Counted from the stretch's first letter, positions 12,342 to 24,669 are shown. The stretch is 64,000 bases of DNA from Somniosus microcephalus (GCA_052327205.1 CM126215.1:95604001-95668000), one strand, 5' to 3'. Program-made: numbers and translations. Notes: generated by a model not told the origin, from the sequence alone.

Positions 12342-13412
12342 TCTCTATAATATAACAGTATGTCTCTCTGTCTCTCTGTCCAGCTATACAATCAAAAGTT
12401 ATAGAGCATACCTACACATACCCACACAAAGGGCAGCACGGTGGCACAGTGGTTAGCACTGTTGCCTCACAGCGCCAGGGACCCGGGTTCGAATCTGACC
12501 TCGGGTGACTGTCTGTGTGGAGTTTGCACATTCTCCCCGTGTTTGCGTGGGTTTCCTCCGGGTGCTCCGGTTTCCTCCCACAGTCCAAAGATGTGCGGGT
12601 TAGGTTGATTGGCTATGATAAAATTGACCCTTAGTGTTAGGGGGATTAAATACGTGGGGTTACGGGGATAGGGTGGGATATGTGTTGGTGTAGGGGTTAC
12701 GGGGATCGGGTGGGATATGTGTCGGTGCAGGCTCGATGGGCCGAAATGGCCTCTATCTGCACTGTGGGGTTTCTGTGATTTCTGTGATATGTTATATCAA
12801 AAGAAAGCTTATCATTAGGGGACTCTCGTAGGCGTATTTACTTTTTCATCACACAAAAATTGTTAGGACAATATACAAAAAAGGTTCAAAAATCCTACCT
12901 GTCATTAGCGTTGACTGACGTGCTGCTTGACCAATCCTACAGTTCATTCACCTGATGGTTGACCAATCAGTGCGTCACGGGCGGGTCCTAATCCTCCAGT
13001 CTCCCTAAACTTCGCTGCCATTTTTTCCATCCCCACAGGGACAGCAGCACCAAAACAAACCCCCACATTCCGGCTCCCGATCCCGCTCCCGCCCCGCCGG
13101 AGCGGCAGATAAGTTGGGCTCACTCGGGCCGTGCCTCGCAACCGCTCGGCCCGACACACACAGCGGTCGGGGGAGCGGCCGGCCGTCAGCCGCGCGATCC
13201 GCGGGGGAGCTCAGCTCAGGTCTGTCTCGGCCCGACAGCCCGGCCGCGCCTCAACCGCTAGGCCCCGCACGGCCGCTATCACAACGGCCTCGGGCGCTAG
13301 GCAGGGAGAGGGGAGGGAGAGGACAGCACAAGGAGACCAGGAGAGGGACAGACAGGGGCACCGAGACCGCGCGGCCCAAAATTGCCCTGGCAACGCCGGG
13401 CTCCCCTGCTAG
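12342..13412 (+). mobile_element. Non-autonomous Helitron
   Basis: 5' a|TCtctataatataa; 3' GC hairpin gccctggcaacgccgggc (13384-13401) a few nt before CTAG|t; inserted at an AT site with no TSD. Confidence 0.82.
12431..12788 (+). mobile_element. Full-length V-SINE (HE1-like elasmobranch SINE)
   Basis: tRNA head with A box (tggcacagtgg) and B box (ggttcgaat), V-domain (tgtgtggagtttgcacattctccccgtg...ggtgctccggtttcctccca), CR1-derived tail (gatgggccgaaatggcct). Confidence 0.92.
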
Positions 13413-14014
13413 TAAACTATAAATGACATTAAATAACTATTTTAAACAGAAATTTAAATTTTTGAAAAAAATAATTTTCTAAAAAAACGGGGCTAAAAAT
13501 AAACTTACCTTGCTTTAAAGTATTTAAAAGTTAAAAAAAACCTGTGGGAAAAAATGTTTTAATTTTAAATAATTGACCACTTACCTTGAAAATGAAGTCC
13601 TTAGGCTGCTTTTTACATTTCTGAAATGTACAGACTTACCCGCACGTTAAAACCTGAAAAAAAAAGGAAGTTCAACGCACATGCGCAGACTCCCGCGCGC
13701 ACGCGTTCGACCTCTGAACCCCTTGGTTCAGAGGATCGGAAGTGCTGGTTTCCCGCGCATGCGTAGTGCATGCAAGATTCTGGCACTTCCATCGGGTCCA
13801 CGCGTGAGTACTCCGTCCGTACTCACGCGTTGGGACCCGAATTTCTGGGCCATTATCGCCAGTGTCCATTTCCTGAAAAATCCTTGAATGTGTTGTCACC
13901 TCTCAACTCCGTGCCCATATCTCCCACAAGGCCCTATTTGAACCCCTCCAATCAGGGTTCCCACCAAACCAAAATGGTGCTAATCAAAGACTCAAACAAC
14001 ATTCTCGTGACTGT

Positions 14015-14703
14015 GGGGAAATTTTAACTCCCAAAAACAGGTGGGTTTGCATCAGGTGAGATGTGAAAATTAAAAAAAATTCAAACCCAACTCCAACCCA
14101 CCCACTTCCGGTTTTAATGGCAGCGGGGCAGGCAACTAACCCACTCCCAGGAGATGGGTTGATCATTTAAATATTTTAATGAGGCTGCGTGCTTCAGATT
14201 TAACCTATCTTCCAGGTTTAACTCTTGCCAGGCGGGTTTCCCCGGTCTCGGGAAACCTGGCAGCTAAAGGCAGGTGAGACTGCTTTGTGGAGAAGTTAAG
14301 TGCCTTTACAGCACTGCTTGTGGGCCAGAAGGATCAGGAGTCTTCCCGCACCCCCCAGCCCACCAAGATTACCTCCTTTCCTGTCCACAGTCAGAAACCC
14401 CTCCCCCACCCACCCCCAGGATCGGAGATTGGCACCCTCGGGATTGGAGATCACCCTTCCCTCAATGCTACCACTAACCCAGCTGCAGGCTCCCTACTTG
14501 CTCCTGGCCTGCGGCCTCCTCTGGAGTGTTCCTCACCCGGCAGGGAGCCACGCCTGTCAACCAGGCTGGCTTACGGGCAGGAAACCTGCAGGAAAGAAAA
14601 GACACGCGCTGTGACGATAAAACCGCACAGCGTGCGGGGCCTGACCAAAACTCCTCTCTTCTCCCCCCCCCCCCCCCCGCCCGCCCCCATAAATATTGGG
14701 GCC
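14015..14703. mobile_element. Harbinger-type non-autonomous element
   Basis: 3-bp TSD TGT (14012-14014/14704-14706); removal restores the L2 sequence 'gtgactgtgaccgtgg'; imperfect GG-initiated termini. Confidence 0.7.
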
Positions 14704-15596
14704 TGTGACCGTGGTATATTTTCCGTCCTAAACCGCTCTGTCACTTTTCACAAGGTTGACCACATTATCCTCCTCCAACACCTCTCCAGGTTGTCCAGCT
14801 CAGTGGTACTACCTTTGCATGGTTCCACTCTTGCCTATCCAGTCGTAGCCAGAGCATCTCTTACCAGTGACTATTCTTTCCACCTTTGCTAATAACTACT
14901 GTCTGGAAAGAGCTCAATGTAGCTGGTGCTTGTTGATAACACCGTAACCTCTGTGCACCTGCCAGGCCAGCAAGATGCAATTTCCTTTATCTGTATAATA
15001 TCTGAAATGCATACCAGTCTGGAGTCATTAGCACTCATCCCTGTTGGTATCTTCCATGACAATGAGACCAAGGCCCCGATTTTCTGCCAGCCATCGGGCG
15101 GGTTTTCAGGCGGGCGGGGGCTGAAAATCGCCGAAATAGGGGGTCGTGACCCCCGCCCCCGCCTGATTCCCTGCCCCGTCCGACTTTTGGACCGCCGTTT
15201 CTCCGCGACCCGAATCAGTCCCGCCCGCCGCTGGCGGGACTGGCCATCGGAACACTAATCACCAATTATTACCATGTTTAAACCTATTTTCAGGGGCCGT
15301 TGCGATTTTGTGGCTTTCCCCACATAAAACACGCCTTGTGGGAACACCGCTGATGAAACCTGGCGTGAAAAGAGTTGGCTTGCTTGCCTTCAACTGCAGG
15401 TCAATCAGGACTGAATCAACAGGCAGCATTTGCAGGCTGCAGGACCTTGTTGCTGAAGGCTTGGGGGAACTTTTTGAAGGCTTAGGCACAGCTGTGGAAG
15501 GTTGGAGCCTCACACACTTCTCCAGTGTGAGCTCCTGGGAAGCCCCTTTCACCACCCTAACTCAGCGCCTCCTCAACGGAGGCATCTGCCAGAAGC

Positions 15597-16807
15597 ATGG
15601 GAGGCCTTTTGTACCTTCCCTTCCTGGCGTTAGAGGATCTCCAACAGCAGAGGAGGCTGGAGCAACTCCAGCAACAGCAACAGCATCACCAGCAACAACA
15701 GCAGCACCAGCAGGAGCGGCAGGCTGCGGCTCAGCCACCTGGGGCAGCACAGGCCAGAAGGGGCCAGCGCATGGAAGGCCGTCGACGCAGGAGATACCCC
15801 CCAAACAGGGTCTACAGACACAGGGTCAGCTACCTCAACATGACTGAGCAGCAGTGCCAGAGGCGGCTCCAACTTTCGCGAGAGGCTGTGACTGACATCT
15901 GCGCAATGCTGCAGCAAGACCTGGAGCCCAGAGCACCAGGTCCACACTACTTACCAGTGGCCATCAAAGTCACCACCGCACTCAGCTTTTATGCCTCAGG
16001 CTCCTTCCAGGAATCAGCAGCAGACATCAGCGGCATCTCCCAGGCGGCCGCACACACTTGCATCACGCAGGTAACCAATGCACTCTTTGCCCTCGCGCAC
16101 AATCACATCCATTTCACCAGGGATCGCGCAAGTGTGACGGCGCGAGCGCGTGGATTAGCTCAGCTGGCAGACTTTCCAAGGGTGCAATGCGTCATTGACT
16201 GCACACATGTGGCCCTTAGGACACCCCACCGCAATCCAGGAGTTTTTGTCAACCGCAAGGGCTTCCACTCCCTTAACGTTCAGCTGGTGTGTGACCACAA
16301 GAAGGTGATTTTGCATGTTTGTGCCAGGTTCCCTGGCAGCTGCCATGACTCCTTCATACTGCGCCAGTCTACTGTGCCTCCGCTATTCAGTCCGCCAAAC
16401 GAACTTCAAGGATGGCTGCTTGAAGACGAGGGATATCCCCTGAGGAGCGCTACAACTCCAGCCACATTACCACCAGATGCATTATCGAGCAAACCATCGG
16501 ATTGCTGAAGTTGCGCTTCAGATGCCTCGATAGATCAGGTGGAGCCCTACAGTACTCATCAGCCAGGGTCTCCAAAATCGTTGTGGTGTGCTGTGTGCTT
16601 CACAACATGGCACAGCGTCGTGGCTTGCCGATTCCGCAGAACCAAGCGGCTCCTCACAGAGCCGCCTCGGATGAGGATGATGCTGAGGAGGAGGAGGAGG
16701 ACGGAAACGAGCATCCTGCAGAGGCCCGCCAACCAGCGGCACCAGTGCGCGAGAACATTGCTGGGCGGAATGCAAGGAACGCACTCATCCTGGGCAGATT
16801 TGCGTAG
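15597..16807 (+). pseudogene. Harbinger DDE transposase (HARBI1-like nuclease family), frameshifted
   Basis: Motifs [61 protein letters not shown]; a deletion/frameshift near 16443 removes the WLxTP..P segment. Confidence 0.92.
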
Positions 16808-17195
16808 CCTGGTACATCAAACACTGCAGCCTCACTGCTTCTTAACTGACAGTGGCCCATCCCTACACTTTCCAACATCTTTGACCAGCTTGCTGTCATC
16901 TGCAAGTTATCCTAAGGCCTCTATGTGATATCCCCATTTGCCAAATGACAGACGCCATAACTGCAGCAGCTGCCACCAGATTTTTTATGTACAGGAAAAT
17001 GATGGCATTAAAACTATTTACAAGACTGGATGGTGGAATAGTTATGTGAATGTGAGCATAGAGAGCGACGGAATGGGTAAGGGTGCATGGATGTGACTGT
17101 GAAGTGGGATGTGGAGGAAGAGATTGCTGAAGCTGAGTGCTGTTGGGGAAAGGCAATGGGGATGAGGTTGAGGGTGATGGAAACGTCGTACTTGC

Positions 17196-17459
17196 TTTCC
17201 CTGTGCGGTGAAGGTCATGGAAGCGCTTCCTGCACTGCAGCCAGGTGCGATGGGTGACACCCAGAGAGTTTACCTCTGCTGCCACCTCCATCCAGGCAGC
17301 CGTGGACTCTTTGGGGGGCCTCTTCCTCCCTGAGCGAGGGTAGAGGACCTCCCTGTGGGCCCTTACCCCATCCACCAAGGTCTGCAGTGACGTCTCGGTG
17401 AATTTGGCCGCAGCTCGGCCTCTGCCGCTGGCAGCAGCTGGTGCAGGCTCCTCTGCCAT
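17196..17459 (-). pseudogene. Harbinger Myb/SANT-like DNA-binding gene, exon 1 only
   Basis: MAEEPAP...KFTETSLQTLVDGV...AWMEVAAEVNS...RTWLQCRKRFHDL is a trihelix/Myb_DNA-bind_5 pattern; followed by a GCAAGT donor-like site; downstream exons not found. Confidence 0.85.
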
Positions 17460-17883
17460 TGTGCAAGAGTGGTTGAGAAGCCTGCAGAGGTGGAGAAGCT
17501 TGCTGGACACTTTGAAAGCACCACGAATGATGACATCATACTGTGGGGCTTTCTGACTGGAAATGGACAATTAGCAAGGCTGCCCACACGCTGGAAATTA
17601 ATTGGCCACTTGAGGGAAAATTGCGTGCAGCTGGCTGACTTTTTTTTGTGGGTCAGAACCCCAGATTCGGGGAATCCGACCATTTCCCACACAATCCACA
17701 AAATCGGGCCCCAAATCTACAGAAAACGCATTCAAACGGAATGGGATTGTTTTGAACACAGTATGATCAACATTCAGTAGCTCACATCTGAATGTTTAAA
17801 TAGACATGTGTATGGATAATTCTGAGAATTTCTACTTTACAATGCTGTATAATTTAATCTTATTAGTCTCTTTAATTTTACAG

Positions 17884-17924
17884 TGGACCATTATCAGCTA
17901 GTCTGTTTACATTCAAGACCAATG
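17884..17924 (+). CDS. DCBLD2: DCBLD2 41-bp coding exon: GPLSASLFTFKTNG
   Basis: tttacag| ... |gtgagt; matches recalled GHLSTSLFTFKTSG; phase 2 to 1 fits both neighbours. Confidence 0.93.
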
Positions 17925-18159
17925 GTGAGTATCCAATCAAAGAAGCCAACTTTGATTTTATTTTGTTACATGTAGCCTTAAGTATTGAGTTTCTCTCAGT
18001 TTAAACGCTCCAGCCATTTAGAAACTAGTGCTTGTGCCTTTTGTGAAAGACTGATATTTCCTGTTGTCATACTACACCAGCTCCTCCCTCCAACATGTAT
18101 ATATCTATAATAATTGCAGATGTAATTTTCCCATTTATCTTCTGACCACTCCAGAAGCC

Positions 18160-18530
18160 TGTAACTCGTGCTGGGTACAGTTCCAAGGGTTGTGGCAACC
18201 CTCTAAGTACCTCACCTAAATGACCATTATACATGTATAAGCCTCAACAGTGAGCATCAGGAAACAATCTGGCATCTCAGCCCAGTCCAATCCTGCCCTC
18301 AATCATTGTCCACTACATACATGTTCCAACAAAGTATGATTAGTTGGAACCTGACAAACTTTTCTTTCCCACTCTACAGCACTGAAACACAGAGGCCAGT
18401 TACAGTGCTGTGACCGCTCCCTCAGCTGAGATCAGCTGAAACAGAACATTGGTCATACCTGAAAGCTTCCAAGTCTTTATAGGTCAGTACCAGATCAAAT
18501 GGTGCATTTACTCACAGAGCTGACAGGGGA
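18160..18530 (-). mobile_element. Ancient degenerate tRNA-derived SINE (related relics ~36650-36920 and ~45300-45570)
   Basis: Shared motif ctcagctgagatcagct / ctgagttaact and tRNA-like end; heavily diverged. Confidence 0.4.
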
Positions 18531-19170
18531 GCCAATTTTTCCTTTTTTTTTTCTCCTGCCAACTTTTCAACTTCATGTGCCTTTTACCAGGGAGGGGAGG
18601 ACAGCTGCTGGCACTGTATCATCAACTGACTGGATTGAAGTGGAATGTAAATGTATTTAAGAAAACTGGAAGATTGATTCTTGCTTGGGAGTTCTCACCT
18701 CACCTCACCTCAATTCAAATCGTTACCTCTTGCTCCATGTTACAGACAATTTGGAATTAAAGAAGTTCCAGAAAATAAGCATACCTGGAAGACATTTAAC
18801 ACTTCTGAGGTGTCTATGTCCCATGGCCATTTGAAGGATCAGTTTAAATGGGATGACATGGGAGAGGACATTGTGATTTTAACTGGGATGACATGGCAGG
18901 TTTTCTTAGAACTAGGGTATTTGCTTCTCTCTAGCCTCTAACCAGAATGTTGTCTCGGTTAAATGAAATGGTGTCCTATCAGGTAACAGCTTACCTTGTA
19001 ACCCAGCTAAGTAACGGGTATTCCTGGGACTAAGCTGTCATCATCGGATATGAATATAAGCTACTGGTTGGTCCTGCTATTTCTTTTTTAATTGTGTGTG
19101 GCTCTAGTCTTTGTGTGCACATGGCAGCTTACAGTCTGATGATTTCAGGTGTTTGCTGTGTGGTCTGTAG

Positions 19171-19386
19171 GTTGCTATGGGACACTGGGAATGGAGTCTG
19201 GTATCATTGGAGACAGCCAGATCAATGCATCTTCAGTTCTGCAGTGGCACGACCCTTCAGGACAGTTTCACATCTGGGGGCCAGAAAAGGCTCGTCTGAA
19301 AAAACCTGGCTCACCCTGGGCTGCATTTCACACTGATGAACCCCAGTGGCTACAAATAGACTTGAAGAAGGAGAAGAAAATAACAG
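19171..19386 (+). CDS. DCBLD2: DCBLD2 exon, F5/8 type C (discoidin) domain N-half: [10 protein letters not shown]...[14 protein letters not shown]
   Basis: ctgtag| ... |gtaact, 216 bp; visible in ORF 19149-19394. Confidence 0.97.
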
Positions 19387-20244
19387 GTAACTGACAGTAA
19401 TAGTCTTGTTGTTGGCACAGATTGATTTTATTTGCAGATCTATCAGAAGTTTCAGACTTGGCATTCTGGTGATGGAAACCTTGTGGAACATTCTTCAGTT
19501 ATTCCATCTCGTGGCCCTTAACATTCAATCCCAGTATGGAGAGCCTGGCTACAAAATGTGACATCTGGATTCCAGTTCCTTTACATCTTATTGGTGTGAA
19601 AGCTATTTTCTAGAGGAGGAAACATAAGGCTGGATTTTCCAATCGTGTAGAGTTTTGTCATCCCAGATCTCCACCTACTTTGCAGCAGGCACAATTTCCT
19701 ATGAGCGGGGAACGCCAGCAGTGGACGCATCTGTCTCAAATAAGCGAGAGCTTAATTTAAATATTAATATGGGGGCGGGGATATTATGCATCCCATTGTC
19801 CAATATTTTGGGGTGCAGGATGTTGACTTGAAATAGTGCATTTATAAAATGGAGTGCCTTCAGCTGCCTGTCCAAAGCTCTGGAATTCCCTTCCTAAACA
19901 GCTCGCTTTACTACATCAAAGGTGCTATATAAATGCAAGTTGTTAGGTTGCCAGTAAATAAGCTGTTGTAGTTGACTTAAAGGGCAGAGTAATGAAATAG
20001 ATTCTGCAGTTTTAATGCCATTTTTTGTTCCAATTGTTTTATTTCTCCCACCCCACCCCCGCAACACTAATAGAGAGATTTCCATTGGAAAACCCATTTG
20101 AGGTGTTTGAAATAAGAGGAGGACCAACAGGGGAATGCCAGGCAGGTCAGGCTGCATGAGAGATGCTCTATGCCCAACCACCCACCAGTATCCAGATAGA
20201 CCACATCATTGCACAAGCAGATATTAACATAACTTGCTTTGGCA

Positions 20245-21195
20245 AATGATACCCAGCTCTACCTCACCACCACTTCGCTCGACCCCTCTACGGTCTCTAA
20301 ATTGTCAGACTGCTTGTCCGGTATCCAGTACTGGATGAGCAGAAATTTTCTCCAATTACATATTGGGAAGACCGAAGACACCCACCATAAACTCCGTTCT
20401 CTATCCATCAACTCCATCGCTCTCCCTAGTATCCGTCTGCGGCTGAACCAGACTGTTCGCAACCTTGGTGTCATGTTTGACCCTGAAATGAGCTTCCAAC
20501 CACATATCCGTGCAATAACTAAGACCGCCTATTTCCACCTCCGTAACATCGCCCGTCTCTGCCCCTGCCTCAGCTCATCTGCTGCTGAAACCCTCATCCA
20601 TGCCTTTGTTACCTCTTGACTTAACTATTCCAGCGCACTCCTGGCTGGCCTCCCATGTTCTACCCTACGTAAACTTGGTCCTCCAAAGCTCGGCTGCCCG
20701 TGTCCTAACTCGCACCAAGTCCCATTTACCCAACATCCCTGTGCTCGCTGACCTTCATTGGCTCCCGGTTAAGCATCGCCTCGATTTTAAAATTCTCCTC
20801 CTTGTTTTCAAATCCTTCCATGGCCTCGCCCCTCCCTATCTCTGTAATCTCCTCCAGCCCCACAATTCCTCCTCCCCCCCCCCCCCCCCCCCCAAGATAT
20901 CTGCACTCCTCTAATTCTGCCTTCTTGAGCATACCTGATTATAATCGCTCAACCATTCGTGGCCATGCCTTCAACTGCCTAGGCCCTAAGCTCTGGAATT
21001 TCCTCCCTAAACCCCTCTCTCTCTCTCTTTTCTCCTTTAAGATGCTTCTTAACACCTACCTCTTTGACCAAGCTTTTGGTCATCTGCCCTAATTTCTCCT
21101 TATGTGGCTCGGTGTCAAATTTCTTTGTCTTATAACACTCCTGTGAAGCACCATGGGATGTTTTACTATGTTAAAGGTGCTATATAAATACAAAT
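20245..21195 (+). mobile_element. L2-clade LINE 3' fragment
   Basis: DTQLYL...WMSRNFLQL...AYFHLRNIARL; same family as 960-2079; internal poly-C run. Confidence 0.9.
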
Positions 21196-21690
21196 GAATA
21201 GGTATATATGGCTGCCACAAGCAGGTTTATATTTTGCACAAATTGGTGATGCAAGTTGTTCAGTTGATAACTTTATCAACATAGAAAAACATACCATGGC
21301 CGTTCATAGAGGCGTAAGGAAACAAATAGATGCTGGAAGAAGAAGTGATTAGAAAGGGTGACCAAGAGGTGGGTTTTAAGGAGGGTTGTAAAGGAGGTGA
21401 GGGAGATGGAGGGTTGGAGGGGTTTAGGTCTGAATTCCACAGCATAGGCCTAGATGACTGAAGGCATGCAAGAAAAAAAGAAAAAGACAGAAAGACATTC
21501 ATTTATATAGCGCCTTTCACAACCTCGAGACGTCCCAAAGCACTTTACAGCCAATGAGGTACTTTTGAAGTGTTGTAATGACCCCTAATGGTGAGGTGAG
21601 GGGAGGGGTTTGAGTAAACTAGGCATCTCAACCACCTGAAAATACCAGCATATTACCTTGGATATATACTTAATATCAAGCCTTGGTCTA

Positions 21691-22230
21691 AATAAAAGCA
21701 GAAAATGCTGGAAATACTCACCAGGCCAGGCAGCATCTGTGGAGAGAGAAACCGAGTTAACGTTTCAGGTCGATGACCTTTCACCAGAACTGGAAAAAAT
21801 TAGAGCGCTAACAGGTTTTTAAGCAAGTGTAGGGGCAGGGAAAGGGGGGAGGGGAGGAAAGAACAAAAGGGAAGGTCTGTGATCGGGTGGAAGGCAGGAG
21901 AGATTAAAAGACAAAAGGGATGATGGTGCAAGGTAAAAGGAGATAGTAATGAGAGAAATAAAGAAACAAAAGATGTGTCTAGAAGAGGTGTAAATGGGAA
22001 TAGCAAAATCATCAACAGCTGCTGTCTGGAAAAAATGGAGGTAGAGGTTATGATCTGAAATTGTTGAACTCAGTGTTGAGTCCGGAAGGCTGTAAAGTGC
22101 CTAATCGAAAGATGAGGTGCTGTTCCTCGAGCTTACGTTGAGCTTCATTGGAACAATGCAAGAGGCCGAGGACGGAGAGGTCAGCGTGGGAGTGGGGCAG
22201 AGAATTAAAGTGACAGGCGACCGGAAGCTC
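21691..22230 (-). mobile_element. Penelope-like element 3' fragment (GIY-YIG endonuclease C-terminus + terminal repeat)
   Basis: PVACHFNS..H...LSVLGL...RKLEEQHLIFRLGTLQPSGLN is the Penelope GIY-YIG C-terminal pattern. Confidence 0.88.
21754..21792 (-). ncRNA. Minimal type-I hammerhead ribozyme-like motif (core variant, probably inactive)
   Basis: Minus strand reads AGUU-CUGGUGA-A-AGGUC auc GACCU-GAAA-CG-UU-AACU: stem I, core with A6>G, stem II, palindromic helix III. Confidence 0.6.
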
Positions 22231-22487
22231 TCTATTGATCTGAATATTGGTGTTCATAGAATATTGTTGTATAGATGAGGATCAGACTTTACAAACAGCA
22301 TCATTAAAGCAGTCTCAAAGCACCACCACATTGGCTATGACCAAACAGGTAATTTGTTTAACAATAGCCATTTTTGGCATGCAATGCAACTATTAAAGGA
22401 GCTGATGGCTGCCTGAAATTCAAGAATTTAAAATGACATGTAGGTTTTTGTTTTCATTGAATTGTCTTCAAATGCTAGTACCAATGC

Positions 22488-22801
22488 ATCAAATCAAATC
22501 AAATCAACTTTTATTGTCATTGTTAGTGCACAAGTGCAGTAGAACGAAATGTAGGCTTGCGGCTCCCGAGAGTGTACATTTGGATTAAGACATTTAAACA
22601 TTCAACATACATTTGGCTTGTAGTATATTAACATAAATATGACCATAATAAAGTGCATTGGCAGATGTGCAGGCTTTAGAGTTTATTTGTGGAGTTCAGT
22701 AGGATGACAACCCTGGGAAAGAAACTGTTCCTAAATCTGGTCGTACGGGTGCGAAGGCATCTGTAGCGTCTCCCAGATGGTAGGAGGGCAGACTGTGGCT
22801 G
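22488..22801 (-). mobile_element. Rex1/Babar LINE 3' end
   Basis: Minus strand LLPSGRRYRCLRTRTTRFRNSFFPRVVILLN; (tttga)n tail. Confidence 0.8.
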
Positions 22802-23430
22802 TAAAATAAACCACCTCTAAATAATATGCCCTACTATTTTCTTCTGTGCGTTAGTTTTAGCAAATTCCTAAACCTTTTATGGGAGATTTTCCTGGGTCTA
22901 CATCCAAAATGGAAGAAAATTGGGTGGGTTCCTTTACTGACCCCTCTCAATTTCCAATATTTGCTGTTTCCAGGCAGTCCAATGCACCTGGGCACAGATT
23001 CAAGAAAATGTCCTCTTATGAATTTGTTAACACTAACAAAACATAAAACTATTGGCAATGGTTTAATAAAATGGAAACTTTTTAACCATGCAAATATGAG
23101 AGTAAATATTTCATGCTAGTGGGGTTTGGTACAATGAATGAGCAACTTTTGCAGCCCATGACCATTAGAGGTCATTACGGACATATGTTATAGTGGCCCC
23201 CTTGACAAAGTGTAGAAATCGCACAGTTTAGGTTTAAAATCTATACAGAGCATTTTGTCAGCACTGATGTATTTGTATACGCACAAAGGGATGAGTCTAG
23301 TACTAATATCTATCACTTGTTTTCCTTAATTGTTAATATTGTTTAAGATCAAAATGTTCTCCTCCGACTCTCTATTTTAAAGGCCTTTAATGAAATGATT
23401 TTTCAGCCATTCTCCAACAAGTTCCCAGTA

Positions 23431-23766
23431 CAGGAAACTTTGGTTTATCCGGAGGTTGTATGTCCGGAAACCTTGATCTACCGGCAGAAATCGGGAGCCG
23501 TTTTGTTAGTTTTTTTTTCTTCTCGTGGCTTTTTTTTTTCCAACAGTCAGGCTCTGCAAAGTCTCTCTGAAGCTGTTGCTAAGCTACAGAGACGCTTCTA
23601 AGGTACGGCCGACTGTTTAGAAGCTGTTGCTAAGCAACAGTGTTTGTTGCCAGATACGGAGCTGCAAATCTCCGTATGCTTCAACATTAACGCTGGTATG
23701 TCCGGCAGTTTTGATAGATCGGCAACAGCTCGGTCCCGTCGGTGCCGGATATAACAAAGTTTCCTG
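23431..23766. mobile_element. Tc1/mariner-superfamily (pogo/Tigger-like) MITE
   Basis: TA TSD on both sides; TIR caggaaactttg...tatccgg / ccggatataacaaagtttcctg. Confidence 0.85.
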
Positions 23767-23969
23767 TAGTAGGGAATGGCATGAAGGCAATAATATTAAA
23801 TGAATGGCAGTGCTATGAGCTGGCTTTGGTGCAAGCCAGTACATTATTTAAGTTCTTTATATAGACTGATTGAATGATGGTGTAGACCAAGGACTAGTCG
23901 AGTCTCATTAACTTGAGGATCGAACACTTGGAGCCAGTTTATGTCTAAATGTACTGTTTCCATCCTCAG

Positions 23970-24094
23970 GTATAATTACTACAGGTTCCACCCTGGGTGA
24001 ATATTCTTTTTATGTCACTGCTTACCGAATCCTCTCCCGTGATGATGGGAAGGAGTGGAAGGTGTATAAAGAAGCCAACAGTGACCTGGACAAG
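23970..24094 (+). CDS. DCBLD2: DCBLD2 exon, discoidin domain: IITTGSTLGEYSFYVTAYRILSRDDGKEWKVYKEANSDLDK
   Basis: cctcag| ... |gttagt, 125 bp, phase 1 to 0. Confidence 0.96.
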
Positions 24095-24669
24095 GTTAGT
24101 ACACTCAAAATGAGTTGCTGTTTGTAGAGCAAAGTCCTCAATTCTATATAACCGTACAATGCCACTTCACTACACTGAGTTTCAATGATATTTACATCTC
24201 CGCAATAGTTGATTATTCATTTTATTTGCTGGCCAATAGACATTAGGATGCCTCAATAATAAAAGTGCTATCGGAATTTGAAAGCAGTCTTATATATGAC
24301 TTTGTGTAGAATATATTTATAATGTTTTGTAAAATATAACATTTTGCATTTTTAAATCTACATAAGGCATTGTCATTAATGATACATTCATGAGTGTGCA
24401 GGAACAATAAGGATATTTCAAAGTATTGACTCTCAACTACTTTTCACTGATCATTGGTGGGTTAATATGTACCTGTGACTTTGGGTGTGTGAAAACAACG
24501 GGTGGGACTCTCTAAGACCCAGTGCCACTGATGGGGTTTTGCATGTAGCAAGCGACTTACCAGAAAATCAGGGTGCCTTGACTGCAATTTTCCATCCATT
24601 GACATTAATAGGAGGGAAATCGCAGACAATAAACCTGCAATTTTCTGATAAACCAGTGTTGTCCAATAC

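Larger units (their letters stand above)
12015..13851. mobile_element. Harbinger-type MITE hosting a Helitron and a SINE
   Basis: 18-bp perfect TIR ggcccagaaattcgggtc / gacccgaatttctgggcc; flanks AAT/ATT (imperfect 3-bp TSD). Confidence 0.8.
11880..14890 (+). mobile_element. Old L2-clade LINE RT-region fragment split by two MITE insertions (pieces ~11880-12011, 13855-14011, 14707-14890)
   Basis: Degenerate L2 RT sequence (FKTAIVISLLKK..., ..FHKVDHIILLQHL..) that rejoins across the inserts. Confidence 0.65.
15072..17711 (+). mobile_element. PIF/Harbinger DNA transposon, two convergent genes, internally deleted
   Basis: TIR ggccccgatttt / aaaatcgggccc; TSD CAA (15069-15071/17712-17714); transposase on +, Myb/SANT gene on -. 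Confidence 0.93.

Noticed and set aside
12431-12505. tRNA gene
   Set aside because: It is the tRNA-derived head of a V-SINE.
15597-16807. Domesticated HARBI1 gene
   Set aside because: Lies within TIRs/TSD with a partner Myb gene and is frameshifted, so it is a transposon copy.
20868-20893. Poly-proline ORF segments (also ~14663-14688)
   Set aside because: Poly-C expansions inside repeats, not coding.
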